64,000 nt of DNA from Lepidodermella squamata (taxonomy: Eukaryota > Animalia > Gastrotricha): positions 930,001 to 994,000 of the forward strand of contig JBLDXI010000004.1 in NCBI GenBank assembly GCA_047495785.1, given 5' to 3'. The notes below the pieces were generated by a model that was not told where the DNA came from, did not search any database, and saw only the letters and a program-made list of their open reading frames with translations. Of this stretch, positions 12,401 to 23,849 are shown piece by piece. Within the stretch, counting starts at the first letter, position 1. The number at the start of each line of letters is the position of its first letter. The position numbers and the translations under genes are program-made.

Positions 12401-15400
12401 CACTCTAAGGCCGGGAGCGTGTATACTCAAACTACGACTTCTCACCTCGAATTCGCATACTTCCCTATTTTTGCCGGACAAATGGTTAGGCCCACTTTCA
12501 GATGACCACCTAAAGACCCGAATTCCGAAAACCGCAAACTCGCCGCGTTGAGTGCGTAACACAGGTGAGCGAGCAAATCACGGGCACGCATGCCTATTGT
12601 GTAAACTCAGGCAAATTGTGACCAAATGACACGGGGGTCGCGCGGGCGGCCTGTTTTGTATCATCGGTTCATTCACCCTGTGTTAATTCAAATTGTCACT
12701 TGAGTTTACTCATGCACTCTGTCAATAAATGTTTAAAATAAATTTTTTACATTATTTTAAGTACAACTTTTTATGAGTATGATGAGAAATTAAGACACTC
12801 GCAGCTTTTACGTTGTTACGTTATACCTACCATGCAAAATGGGAAATAAAAGAACCGCCTCGAGTAGAAACATGAACATTGTCGATATTCATTTACCGAC
12901 ATTTCCGTCATCCTAACTTTTCGTAATTCATGGATGCGGCTGAAAAGCAGCAAGTCTACAGCATGGTTGAATCCGATGAGATCGGTTCAACCGATTCCGT
13001 GCTCTCGTCATCGGACGATGATCTTGACCGGCCACTGGCTGACTTCAAGGTGCCTGGACAGGCCAAATGGCAAATGCTGAATGAAGATCGCCAACTGCAC
13101 ATCGAAAAATGCGACCTGAAAAGTCGCCCCACCGACGACTTTGTAACACGAGTCGAGGCGCTAAGCAAAGGTAGGTAGTTAGCTTTATACTAATCCGAAT
13201 TATATGTTCTTTTCTATAGGTATCTGATATTGCGTCGCTTTGGAAAGACGAATGGCAAGCCGAGTGGTCGGCTGATCCTCAGGCAAGCACCAGCAAGCAG
13301 GCATCGCACGATGAAGATACCAACGGGGAGAGCGGCAGCAAGAAAACGGCCAGCGATACCGCCAAGAAGGCCGAGCCGAGCGCCGACAGTGGTGATGACG
13401 AAACCGGCGAAGTTACAAGTGGCACGACCGTCAAGAAGCGCAGCACCACGACCGCCACCAAGAATACCGCCAGCAAGGCCGCCCAATGTGACTACGACGG
13501 CAGCGACGAAGATGATGAACTAAAACCGAAGAATTCTAAGAAAACTGTAAAACGCGATCGAGCTGGCGGTTCGAAGCGCGCTGAGAAGCGGAAACCGAAA
13601 ACCGACGAGCGTTACTCGAAGGTTCTGCCGATTTTTCTTCTGATGTTTCCCGTGATATCGATGTTGGTTACTGAAACCAGCCGGTACGCGGCGCAGATGT
13701 ACGCTAAGAACCCCGGAATCGGCTAATTTGTTGCAACAAATGTTCACGAAGTCTTCTGTTTTTTGGCGTGTGCTATAGCCATGGGTATCGTCAATTTACC
13801 GTCGGCCAGGCTGTATTGGGAAAGTTCCGATTCAATGCTGTACCAGCCGTACTTCGCCAAGATCATGTCGCGCGATCGTTTTAAGCAACTAGTGCGTTTT
13901 CTGCGACGACGCCGCCCTACCTCGAAACGACCCTGAATATGACAAGATCCACAAGGTTCGGGCGTTTCTCGACCGTTTGCGAAACGCTTGGCTCGCGAAC
14001 TTTGAAATCGGTGCTCAGGTTCGTACAATAAGCTTTTTGTTATTTTTTTACTGAAATTGTCTATGCTCATCAGGTTGTCGTCGACGAGCAAATGGCCGCA
14101 TTCAAAGGTCGAACAACCCTCAAACAGTATATGCCGGCTAAGCCCGTCAAACGCGGGCTCAAGTTTTTCGCTCTGGTAATCTGGTAATTATTTTTCAGGC
14201 GATATTCTAATATTTTTTTGCAGTTGGCACCGACGATTCGGAAGCGGGATTGGCCGAGCGTATCGTATGGCGGTTGGCGACGGCGATTGCTGGCTACTGG
14301 CGCGTCCTCTACATGGACAATTGGTTCACGTCTTTACCGCTGTTAAATCACCTATTGGGCAACAAAATCCATTCGGCTGGGACTGTTCGAGCAAACCGGG
14401 CTGGTCTCGACTTGGCTGTTCCGATGAAGAAAACCTCAAAGACCGAACGTGGCGCAATGCGATTCAAATTTTTCGGCAATGTCTTTTTCGCTTCATGGCT
14501 CGACAACCGCGTCGTTAATTACCTGTCGACTTGCCACACTGGATCTGCGACCGCAAATATCGAAAGACGAGGCAAGGATGGTAAGAAAATTGAAGTGCCT
14601 TGCTCACCGGTGTCGGTCGACTACCAGCAGTTCATGCGCGGCATTGACGTCGCTGATCGTCCTCGCGAGAGCTAAGACAATTGCACCCTGCCCAGCAAGA
14701 AGTGGCACCGGCCAGTCGTCTTCTACGGCTTGTAAACCGCGATAAACAACGCCTTCATTGCCTACAAGCAACTTGCGAATTGTCCCAACTACCCGTCTCT
14801 GCTGTTTCGTCGCCGTCTTATCGACGAGCTGCTTGCCGCAGGAATGTCGCGTCAGCGAGCAGTGGCTCGGAGGCACAAAATTCACGAAAACATCGACGCA
14901 ACAACCGTGACTGACGCTTGGAAAGATGGCGGACGTTGGCCTCGGCACATCGGCAATTACCCCGGCACTCAGCGCACTCGTATGCGCCAGTGTGCGCTAT
15001 GTGCGGCCACGAAGCCTCTTGGCAGCCGAATTCCGGCATCAGCGTACGAATGCCAGGTCTGCGACGTTGGGCTGTGCATCGATCCTTGCTTTCAGCAATT
15101 CAGACCTCACGCCGGCTGATTTTTCACCATTTTTATCATGAATAAATGAACCCATTTTGAGTAAATACATGTTGATCAGAGTAATTTTCAGCGCGTATTG
15201 TGTTGACTCAAGTGCGAGTTTTTACAAATTATGAAGTGTAAGTAAACTCAAGTGGTTACTTAGTTATAATCGGTTTTGAGTGTCGTAAAAATCGCCAATC
15301 CAAAACATCACCCCCTAAACTGAGTTCATACAAGTTGCAGCTTAGTTAACTCAAAATGAGTGATTTTTCCCCAATGAGTATACTCAAATTGTCAAAACTA

Positions 15401-15422
15401 AGACGCTGCCGGCCTTGGAGGG
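12401..15422 (+). mobile_element. piggyBac transposon with degraded, intron-containing transposase (~12930-15119)
   Basis: TTAA|CACTCTAAGGCCGGGAGCGT ... ACGCTGCCGGCCTTGGAGGG|TTAA. Motifs LVTETSRYA, MSRDRFKQLVRFL, VVDEQMAAFKGRTTLKQYMPAKPVKRGLK, YMDNWFTS, GTVRANR, WLDNR, DYQQFMRGIDVAD and C-terminal CxxC..CxxC..LC..PCF; several frameshifts and stops. Confidence 0.92.
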
Positions 15423-16073
15423 TTAAAAAAGTTGGAAAAAATCGTATTGTAAGACGGGACTCATTCGATAGAGGAGCGCTCCTAGTATTTCGGAATATTT
15501 TTCTGAAATTTGTGGGAAATGAAAGATTTTCTCTGGGAATTTTAGAAAATTAGATAAAATCAGAAAAATCTCTATGGTCGGATAGGGCGATGAGTGAATA
15601 AAAATGAAAACCACGTGTTGGTGTGAATTTAGAAAGATCGTTACCTTCCGATCTTTATTGAGTTGTCTATGCTAAAAAGGGTGAATTGTTTCCTGTGTGC
15701 TGTGCAGCCTATGGTGTAGGATCGATTAAAACCATAAATTTTTGATATTATTTCACTTTTATTTATAGTTTGTGCCGGATTGCGTCCATTTTTCGTTTAT
15801 TACTTTCTTCACAAATCATAATAAAATGGAAAATGCTTTAAAACTGTACTTAACCAGGAGAAGCACAGACTTGAACTCTTCCAGACGCGTCGAAGGAGAA
15901 ACAGACACGTGACACGTTCCATCGCACCACATGGAATGTCGACCTAAAAAATATAAAACAAAACAACAACAACGCACCGTCATTCACGTCATTCCATAGC
16001 GCCATTCATACAACTTTTACAAAATTCATATCGCGAATTTTTAAATTATTTTTTCCAAGGCTCATTGGATCAG

Positions 16074-19000
16074 ATGGTTTCGTATCACTGTGCTCTGCTG
16101 CTAACCCTATTGCTGGCGTCAAGTGACCCGGCTTCGGGTAAAGAGTTGAACTGGGTCCGCTGCTTCTCGCAGTTTAGCAACCGATTCACCAACTGCGTAC
16201 CAGCTGCCGATGGCTGTAATCCACTCACCGAATACCAGGTTTTCAAGGATTAACTGTCAATCGGTAACCTGATGGCTAATAAATGTTTCATTATACGGTG
16301 GGGCGGCAGTTTTCGAACAACTGGCGTCTGCAACACAGGGGTTAGTTTTACTCTTCAGTTTATTGTTTGTTATTTAATTCCCCTGTTTCCCCCGATCTCC
16401 GTTTTGCGTACCTGGAAACATTGGCTGTAACAACCCTGGCGATATGAATGTAAGCTCGTAAAGAGCCTCGTTTCATTAACCAATCATTCACAATCATACA
16501 TCAAATTTCATTGCTATATCGTAATAATGTTGTTTATTGTATAAATATTCGCTGCAGACGTTCTGGTTTAACGATCAGAATGCGACGTTGAGCTTGAAAT
16601 ACAACCTCAACGAATGTGAGAAACAGAAAGCTGCATTCGGGGTGAGAATTCGGGAAACGTGGTCATTACGCATAGCTCTTTGTATTTTTATCATTCCAGA
16701 CTTTGAAATTCCGGCGCTGTACGTCGAACAACGTCATCAAAACGTGTGTTCCGGATCCTTATTCCTGCCCCAACAACTTGGTGCGTCATTTTCGCAATCA
16801 TTGGTCTCGTATTTTTGATTCTTGGTTTCGCTTCGCCTACAGGTTACTGAATCAACAGTGTATCCCGACCTTGCGTCTTGCACCAATGGAACAGGTTTGT
16901 GAAATTGATTTTTTTTCATCCAGGGCTGCAAAACATGAAAAAATGGCGAGCCTAGTGCGCGAGAAATATTTAAATAATTCGCTAGTTATTCGAAGGAAAA
17001 TTTGCTGAAATGGGTCAAAATTAGCGGGAAATTTTCAGAAAGTGCGCATGAAATTTCGCAGGTTTGCAGCTATAAAATGAGAATTAAATTGCATATTCAT
17101 AAGTATATATCGATGATTTTGCGCTATAAGGAGCCAATGAAAAAATTCCTATCCAGAGTACTACGCACTATAAATAGTACTACGCACACATGTAGTAAGA
17201 TATAGCCCATTGTATTCTGTGTGAAAAAAATATAAAAAAATAAAACAAATAATGACCAACAAATATCTTCGATATTGCGGTCATTCTGAGGTATCTGCGC
17301 TGGGAATTCCGCGATAATCATGGCGGAAACGTTTCAGAAACTCATGGACTGAATCGTTCTTAGACAGCTCGAGTAAAACACAGTACAAACTCTCAACAAT
17401 AAGCTTGTTTTAATAATTTTGAAACGCTTTCAAGTAGTCATATCCTTTCAAGTTTCGAGGGCGTAATGTCACGGCGGAGGTTTAGCGTCAATGCTGCAAG
17501 CAGTAGGTTTGTCTGCGTCTTCTTCGTAAGCCGTTATGACTGAGCGATAAGCTTCTGGAATGGTGCCTTTGTTGACCATTTCGATGAGATCCTTCTTAAG
17601 ACTGGATTCGATCGGCAATCGCTTTTCGTATTTTTGAACAAGTTGGAAAGGAAACAAAATGACGTCTTTGTTGTAGCGCTTGGCGACGAAAGTATGAAAA
17701 GCCAAGTCAAAAGTTTTCTTGGTTTGGAGATAATTACGGTAGTCTTTCTCGTATCTGAACCAACATGGCTCCGACCATTTAACATCATTTTTCTGTTCGT
17801 CTTGCAAATACTGAGCGAACTTTTGCGACTTGTCAAAGCTGAAGAAGCTTGCAAATTGCATTTCAGTTATGCTGTATGGTTTCACTTTCAAGCGGTTTGG
17901 CGTTTCCTCACCGAACACTTCGAGTCTCAGATCAGCATCAATCGGAGCCTTCCGCGACGCGGCCACGATTTCTCTCCATTCCTTTGAATAGCTGATGTTG
18001 ACTCGTTTCTTAGCTTCCCTTTCAATAGTGGCATGCACGGAATCACATTCCATTTGCGAGTGGCCCGGCTCGAAAAACTTGTGATCGATGACTTTGAGAT
18101 TACCTTTGCAATTGGACAAGGCCGCGAATAAAGCGTTGACAATGTACTGAGATTTGTTTTGGCTTCCAGTGCTGTCGCTCCATAGAATCAACTGCTCAAC
18201 TTCGTCAGGAATCATTTCAGTGATGAATTTATAGAGACATGAACCAACTTCATCCGTCCCACGACCCCCTTCTGTTTGATCCCACATGAAACAGTAGACA
18301 TCTTTTGATGAAGTATCGTAGAAAGTCAGGTTTGAGGTGTGGAACTTTTTTTTGTAAATTATCGAGCAGCAAGGGCTTTCGAGGATTGACTGCATATCAA
18401 ACTGGATGCACAAGATCAATCCTTTCGACTGTTTTGCTAGAATTTTGTCAGCATTCTTGGCACCTCTTGCATTTCTCTGTTGGATTCGTGGTTTCGTTTC
18501 TCCACGATCACTTCATGGGTGAACAGTTCATCCGGCAAAGTCGCAAATCGTGTGCATTTCTTGCAGGTGTCCTTCCTGGGATGACTGAAAGCGAGATTGG
18601 GAAAAGATCTCTTGAATATGGATCGGTAAGTAGCGTATTTGACGGGTTTCTCATCAGTTTTGGTGTACTATGCATTACATTCTATGCATTTCCCTCAGAT
18701 TGAGCGCGGACCCGAGATATTGCTTGCTAGTTTGACTTCTCGCATAATGACTGTCTAATCGCTCGAAAGAAGTGATGTGCTGATAAACAAATTTGTAAGA
18801 ATTATCGCTGGTGGTATTCGGCGGCTTATGGTGACCGCGTTGATCTGGTATGATGTAGAAGCCGTCTTCGACTTTTTTCTCAACAGTTGTGTTTATAAAA
18901 GCGCGAGTTTCATCGAGCGCCTTCAGAAAGAAAGACCTGCATACTTCGAATGACTTCCCTAGATTGTGAAGGCGAAGGGGTTGCCAAGTAGTTGCCTGGT

Positions 19001-22000
19001 AAGTAATAATCAAATCTTCGAGGACCATTCTCTCGTTTCTTTTTATAACTGACGTAACGGTTGATGAATGCTCGTCTAGCGTCGATAGATGCTCGGGACC
19101 AGTAAGTGTTAAAGCATTGTTTGACTGAATTTTCATTGAATTTCAAGGAGCATTTACGCCAGCAACCACACTTGAAGTAAACAGGCTTACGACCGGAATT
19201 AAACTTAGCGCCAACCCCTTTATCTGACTGACGGTAGGGTTTTCCAGAGTTGCGCTTGAGTTTTCTTTCCATCGCTTGTTAGGATGGGCGGTGCCTAGAA
19301 TCCACTATCCCCGGAGGAAACTGTTTCAGCCAATTGTCGTTATCAGTCATCAGCTCAAATCGTTGTTAAAAATGAAACGTTAAATGCTTTAGTCCTAAAT
19401 GTGATGACAAGCGTTATAAATTAAAATTTCAAGGATAGAAAACAAGGGAGTTGTCGAAAGCCGAATGGCCAATCTGAGAAGTTCTGTTCTTGATCTAAGG
19501 CTGTATGACCTCAGATTTACAGCTACCGATGAAGGATTGCCCAACTAAGTAAAGATGGAAGTTAAAGTGGCCAGTAATCGGGAGCTTTATGTCATAACAA
19601 AGCGATAGGTTCACTTTGTATATTGCTGTGAAAGGTATTTATCAGCCAAAACATAAACCATAAATTTCAATGAATCGCGTTAGTTTTTACTGCAGCAGAA
19701 ACTAGGGATGGGGTTATCCCAGTCGTATAAAAGCTGACACTAGCACGTGAGTAGCATGTGATCGAGCGGCCTAGGCATCTCAAAATCACCGGGTCAATCC
19801 CAATAACCGCAACATCAATCATCTATGCATTGAATGCGGCGTTTATCAAGCTGACAGGAAGGGTTGACAGGAAGCGTAAAACCGCCAAGCAAATCCTCCC
19901 TTCTGGAATGGGCCGCCATTCACCGGTAATATATGGTAAAGATGTGGCTACTCAGCGGCCAAAGCAATCATGGGAATAGTCGGCTCCTAAGCATTGTGAA
20001 GATGGCATGCGTCTGATACCAAATGCTAAATTTTATAAGGCAATAAAGAGTACTTCTGGTTAGATCTAATTAAGAGACTGTTTGGATTGTTCGTAAGGCT
20101 TCGACCTTCGACCGTAAGTAGATTGTAGGATTCACGCACGATCGATAAGTCCATAGTTTCCGTCCAAGTAGCTAGGCGGAGTTTGAGTCCCAAACCGACA
20201 AACTTGGCTTTCTATCTTTGATCAGAAGTTGTGTTGGGTTTTGTAGGTGGTTGTTTGAGGAAAAGGGCGATAGTTTCAAATTATCCAGGAGCCCAAACCA
20301 CATTATCAGCTTGATAAACGCGACAACAACGAAATAATGGAATATTTTCCTAACAGAGTAGCCAGCAGCCACTTTCGGAATCTCAGCCAAAACAACCTTT
20401 CTACCCTATTTTTGCTGAAACCTCAAAACAGGAGTTCAACTTTGTGGTAAGCTCAGATTTCACTAAACTCCTAAAGAATCCTAAAGAAGCCTCTATCAAT
20501 CTATCGGAGATTCTAATCATTCTAGAAGAAAATTATGCTGCGATTTAGAATGGATAACTATGGAAAACATTCCTACTCCGTCCCATGAACAGACCAGGTC
20601 AGAATGACTAAAATCGTGGGTAATTTAAAGCACATGCTTTCAATGTCCTACTTTCAGCACAAATGATGCGGGAGATCTAAGAAAGAATGATGATAAAAAT
20701 GAAAAAACAAGAGAACAAAATGCGCAAATATACCATATTACTGCGGAAGAATCGATCGCTCTCGTCTGAGTGCATTCTCTTGTGCATGCACCAAAATGCT
20801 ATTAGCCCTGTGTATAACCATATACTCGCATATACTCCGCACAGCTTTTATGGGCGTATATCAGAATGCAGCCTATCGGCCTGTTTTAGCGCAAAACCAT
20901 CGATATGAACAAAAAACAAAAAATATGCTACTAGGATGAAATGTCACTAGGAGAAATCTTATAGGAGAAATACGGTATTACAAAATTTTCAAAATTTAGC
21001 CAGTGAGGTTTGTGGATCAGCAAAGTGGGCAGCGCACCGAAAAGGATCCTCTGGCTGGGGCTATTGTGTGCTACTAATTTTTTAAATTAAAGGCGGAATT
21101 TTGGACACCCCTCTAGGATATGTATAGTTATTTGGAAAAGCACAGACATTTCGTTTTCGTCAAGATACTGTTTCAACAATTAAACAAAATTGAAATTATT
21201 TCCGACCGAGAATTAGGGCATTGTTATATTTTATTGACTTGATTTACCGCTTCAATCAGGGACCTTCTTGAATTGATCATTAGCAATCTTTGTCCCGTTT
21301 TTCGTGCTCCATTCCAATATTTCAATTTCCCTAAAAGAACTCTATTTTCTATCGCCAAGTAGTTCTATCGGTTTTATTTGCTAAAAGCGAGTTAGGCATG
21401 ATTTAGGCGCTTTGTTTTCGTGTTTTGAAGTCACGCTGCCTGTGAGCGAGAAGCCGCTGTTTCGACTCGACAACTGGCAAATTCAACGGCTGCCGACCAC
21501 AAAGCACTGGCTGCTTGGCTAACAATGAAACTCAGCAATATTCGGCTAATGTGTTCATCAACTATGATCGTTGCCTGCTCGGAGTGAGTCTATTCTAATT
21601 TACTCGCATTTGATGTATAATTTTATATTTGAACAGAACGCGGTTTCATGCATTGATTCGTCTAACCGAAGTTCATGCTATGCGGCCTGCCCGCAAGACC
21701 AAACCCAGGTGAAACTTGGTTATTGAAAACTCGCACATCAAAGTTTCTATGAGTGATCCTAAAACAGGTTAAGCTCTTCTCCGACTCGCAATATTTTCAA
21801 CTGAAGTGCATCAATGAGAAATCGCCCAAGGTGAGTTCGAGCATCCTACTTCGCGCACTGGCGTGGCGTGAGGGAGCACTGTATTATCACCTGGCTTTTT
21901 TACTCACTCTAAAAAATCAACAAAGGTCTGTTAGTCATAAATAAGGATTAAGATTTAGGCAGATCTTAAATATTAATATATTAAATATATTAAATGGATA

Positions 22001-22609
22001 AAAGCGCTTTCAATAAAGTTTTGCCAACTCGGTCGAAAAATGCTAATACTAAAAAAATTAAGAAAACATACCATTTTACTTACTGTCCTATGACAATTTT
22101 AGCCGGCTGCGTATTTCCGTTGCGTTGACAACAGCGATGGCGCCGTTCACTGCGTAGCAGAGTCGACAGGCTGCAATGCGGCAACTCAGCTTCGAATTCC
22201 GGCTAATGTGGTCTATCCGGACGAGGACACGTGCAAGAATGCGACCAAGAAGTACACGGCGGTGGGTTATGCGGGTCCCAGAGCTAACAGCATGGCTAAA
22301 TGCGTCGAAGTCAATGCTACGTTGGCGACGATTAGGTCTGACGCGGAGCTGGTTGCTGCTAAACAAGCGCTGACGGCGAGGGGGGCTGTTAGCGGTTGGA
22401 TCGCTCTCACTCGCCAAAACGGTGAATTCAGATGGGATGATGGATCCAGTTTCACTTACGTCGATACGCAATGGAAAGCTGGTGATGGCGACTGCGTTAA
22501 ACTTGTATTTATAAACGCCAATGGAAGTGATGTCCCAGTCGGTGATTACTACTATGAGCTCAGTGGTTGTGAGAGCTATACACGCAGTGTCTTATGCGAG
22601 TCGTTTTAA
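16074..22609 (+). pseudogene. Cys-triplet/C-type-lectin family copy 4, disrupted
   Basis: Exons 16074-16238, 16299-16340 (acceptor reads CGG), exon 3 with 5' part deleted (ends 16449), 16558-16641, 16700-16780, 16843-16894, 21431-21583 (8-nt deletion), 21637-21708, 21768-21830, 22103-22609 (CTLD exon still open). Sola-like element in intron 6. Confidence 0.85.
17469..19272 (-). mobile_element. Sola1-like DNA transposase, fragmented (element roughly 17.1-20.96 kb)
   Basis: Motifs across three frames: CGCWRKC, VCRSFFL, DQRGHH, SHYARSQTSKQYL, FDMQSILESP, WDQTEGGRGTDEVGSCL, WSDSTGSQNKS, GHSQMECDSVHATIE. Similarity to copy-6 intron 6 resumes near 20965. Termini not clearly resolved. Confidence 0.75.
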
Positions 22610-22789
22610 TGAAACACTTTTATTCTGAACATATCCTGGTGAGATCGTGAAAAGCCGAAGTAAAACAATCATATTTGGGGAGATAATATGCATCTGACAC
22701 GTTACAAGTTGATTGATTTTCAGCAATGGCCAAGATCGACGGCGTATAACTCGCGAATAAAGTATGTGGCATAATCGAACGATGAATTC

Positions 22790-23849
22790 TTGATGAATCT
22801 GGAAAAATGTCTGGAAAACAGATTTCGATTCCTACCTATAACTATTGAAATTGCAAGATTGTGCCTCAACGAGTTATCCCGTACGAAGCCAACTACAGCA
22901 GCCGATGGTGTACCGGAATGTGTGCTTAAAGCAACTGCCGGGATATTAGCCCCTCACGTCGGTGTAATTTTCAACAAAATACTAGCAGAAAATCGAATTC
23001 CCGAAATTTGGAAAGTCGCCACCGTAAAGCCGCTCTTCAAAGACGGGGACAAGGAACTGATTAGCAATTACCAGCCTATATCCATTCTTTCCCCGCTTTT
23101 CGGAACCTGCGAACGCTGTCTAGCCATCCAAATTAAGCAATGCCTCCACGAATCGAAGTTTCTCTCCTCAGCTCAATTCGGATTCCGCCGCTATCATTCA
23201 ACCGACACATGCCTCGCAAAAATGTCTAACGACTGGCATCAAGCTATCAATAATCAATAAGGGTTTAACTGTAGCAGTGCTTAGCAAACAGCAGCAAACA
23301 GAAGCTGCAGCAAACAGGGTGCGATCTTCGATCCCCGAGCTCCCAGGGATGGAAAAAATTTATTTGCCAAAATGACGAGTCTTTTCGGCTAGTAACCGAG
23401 CGAAGCGAGAAAATTTTGGAGATTTTCCACTAAAACACGCCCCAGAACCTTCCAAAATTAACAAAACAGTGGGATAAATTCTTATTTTGTTGTCTGGCCC
23501 GGCCGAGCTGGGAGGATGATCCCCCACATCCCCCTGAAAGTCGCACACTGGCAGCAAAACCCCGCCGGAATAATTTCATCTCTAAGAAGCGCAGGATTCG
23601 ACGAAAACTCACTGGACCTTTATGTCCAGCTACATCTTAGGGCGAACACAAATAACTAAAATCAACAGTCGATCATCTTCACCAGCTGATATCAACTATG
23701 GCGTACCGCAAGGCTCCGTACTCGGACCTCTCCTCTTTACAATTTACGTGAACGAAATCGCGGTGATATCCTCTAGTTCGAATATAGTTCAATATGCCGA
23801 CGATATCACCATCTACTTCGCAGCTTGCTTTTCGCTGAATATTTTGTAG
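22790..23849 (+). mobile_element. Non-LTR retrotransposon reverse transcriptase fragment (CR1/L2/Jockey-like), interrupted at ~23261-23615
   Basis: WKVATVKPLFK, NYQPISILS, QFGFRRYHST, GVPQGSVLGPLLFTIYVN, QYADD motifs. Confidence 0.88.

Noticed and set aside
13214-13523. Arg/Pro- and Gly/Leu-rich ORFs in the ORF track
   Set aside because: Alternative frames or antisense of the low-complexity piggyBac N-terminal region.
22103-23849. Diversity-generating retroelement (variable C-type lectin next to a reverse transcriptase)
   Set aside because: The RT has LINE motifs (GVPQGSVLGP, YADD) and is fragmented; no template/variable repeat pair is visible; CTLD differences are not adenine-specific and include indels.
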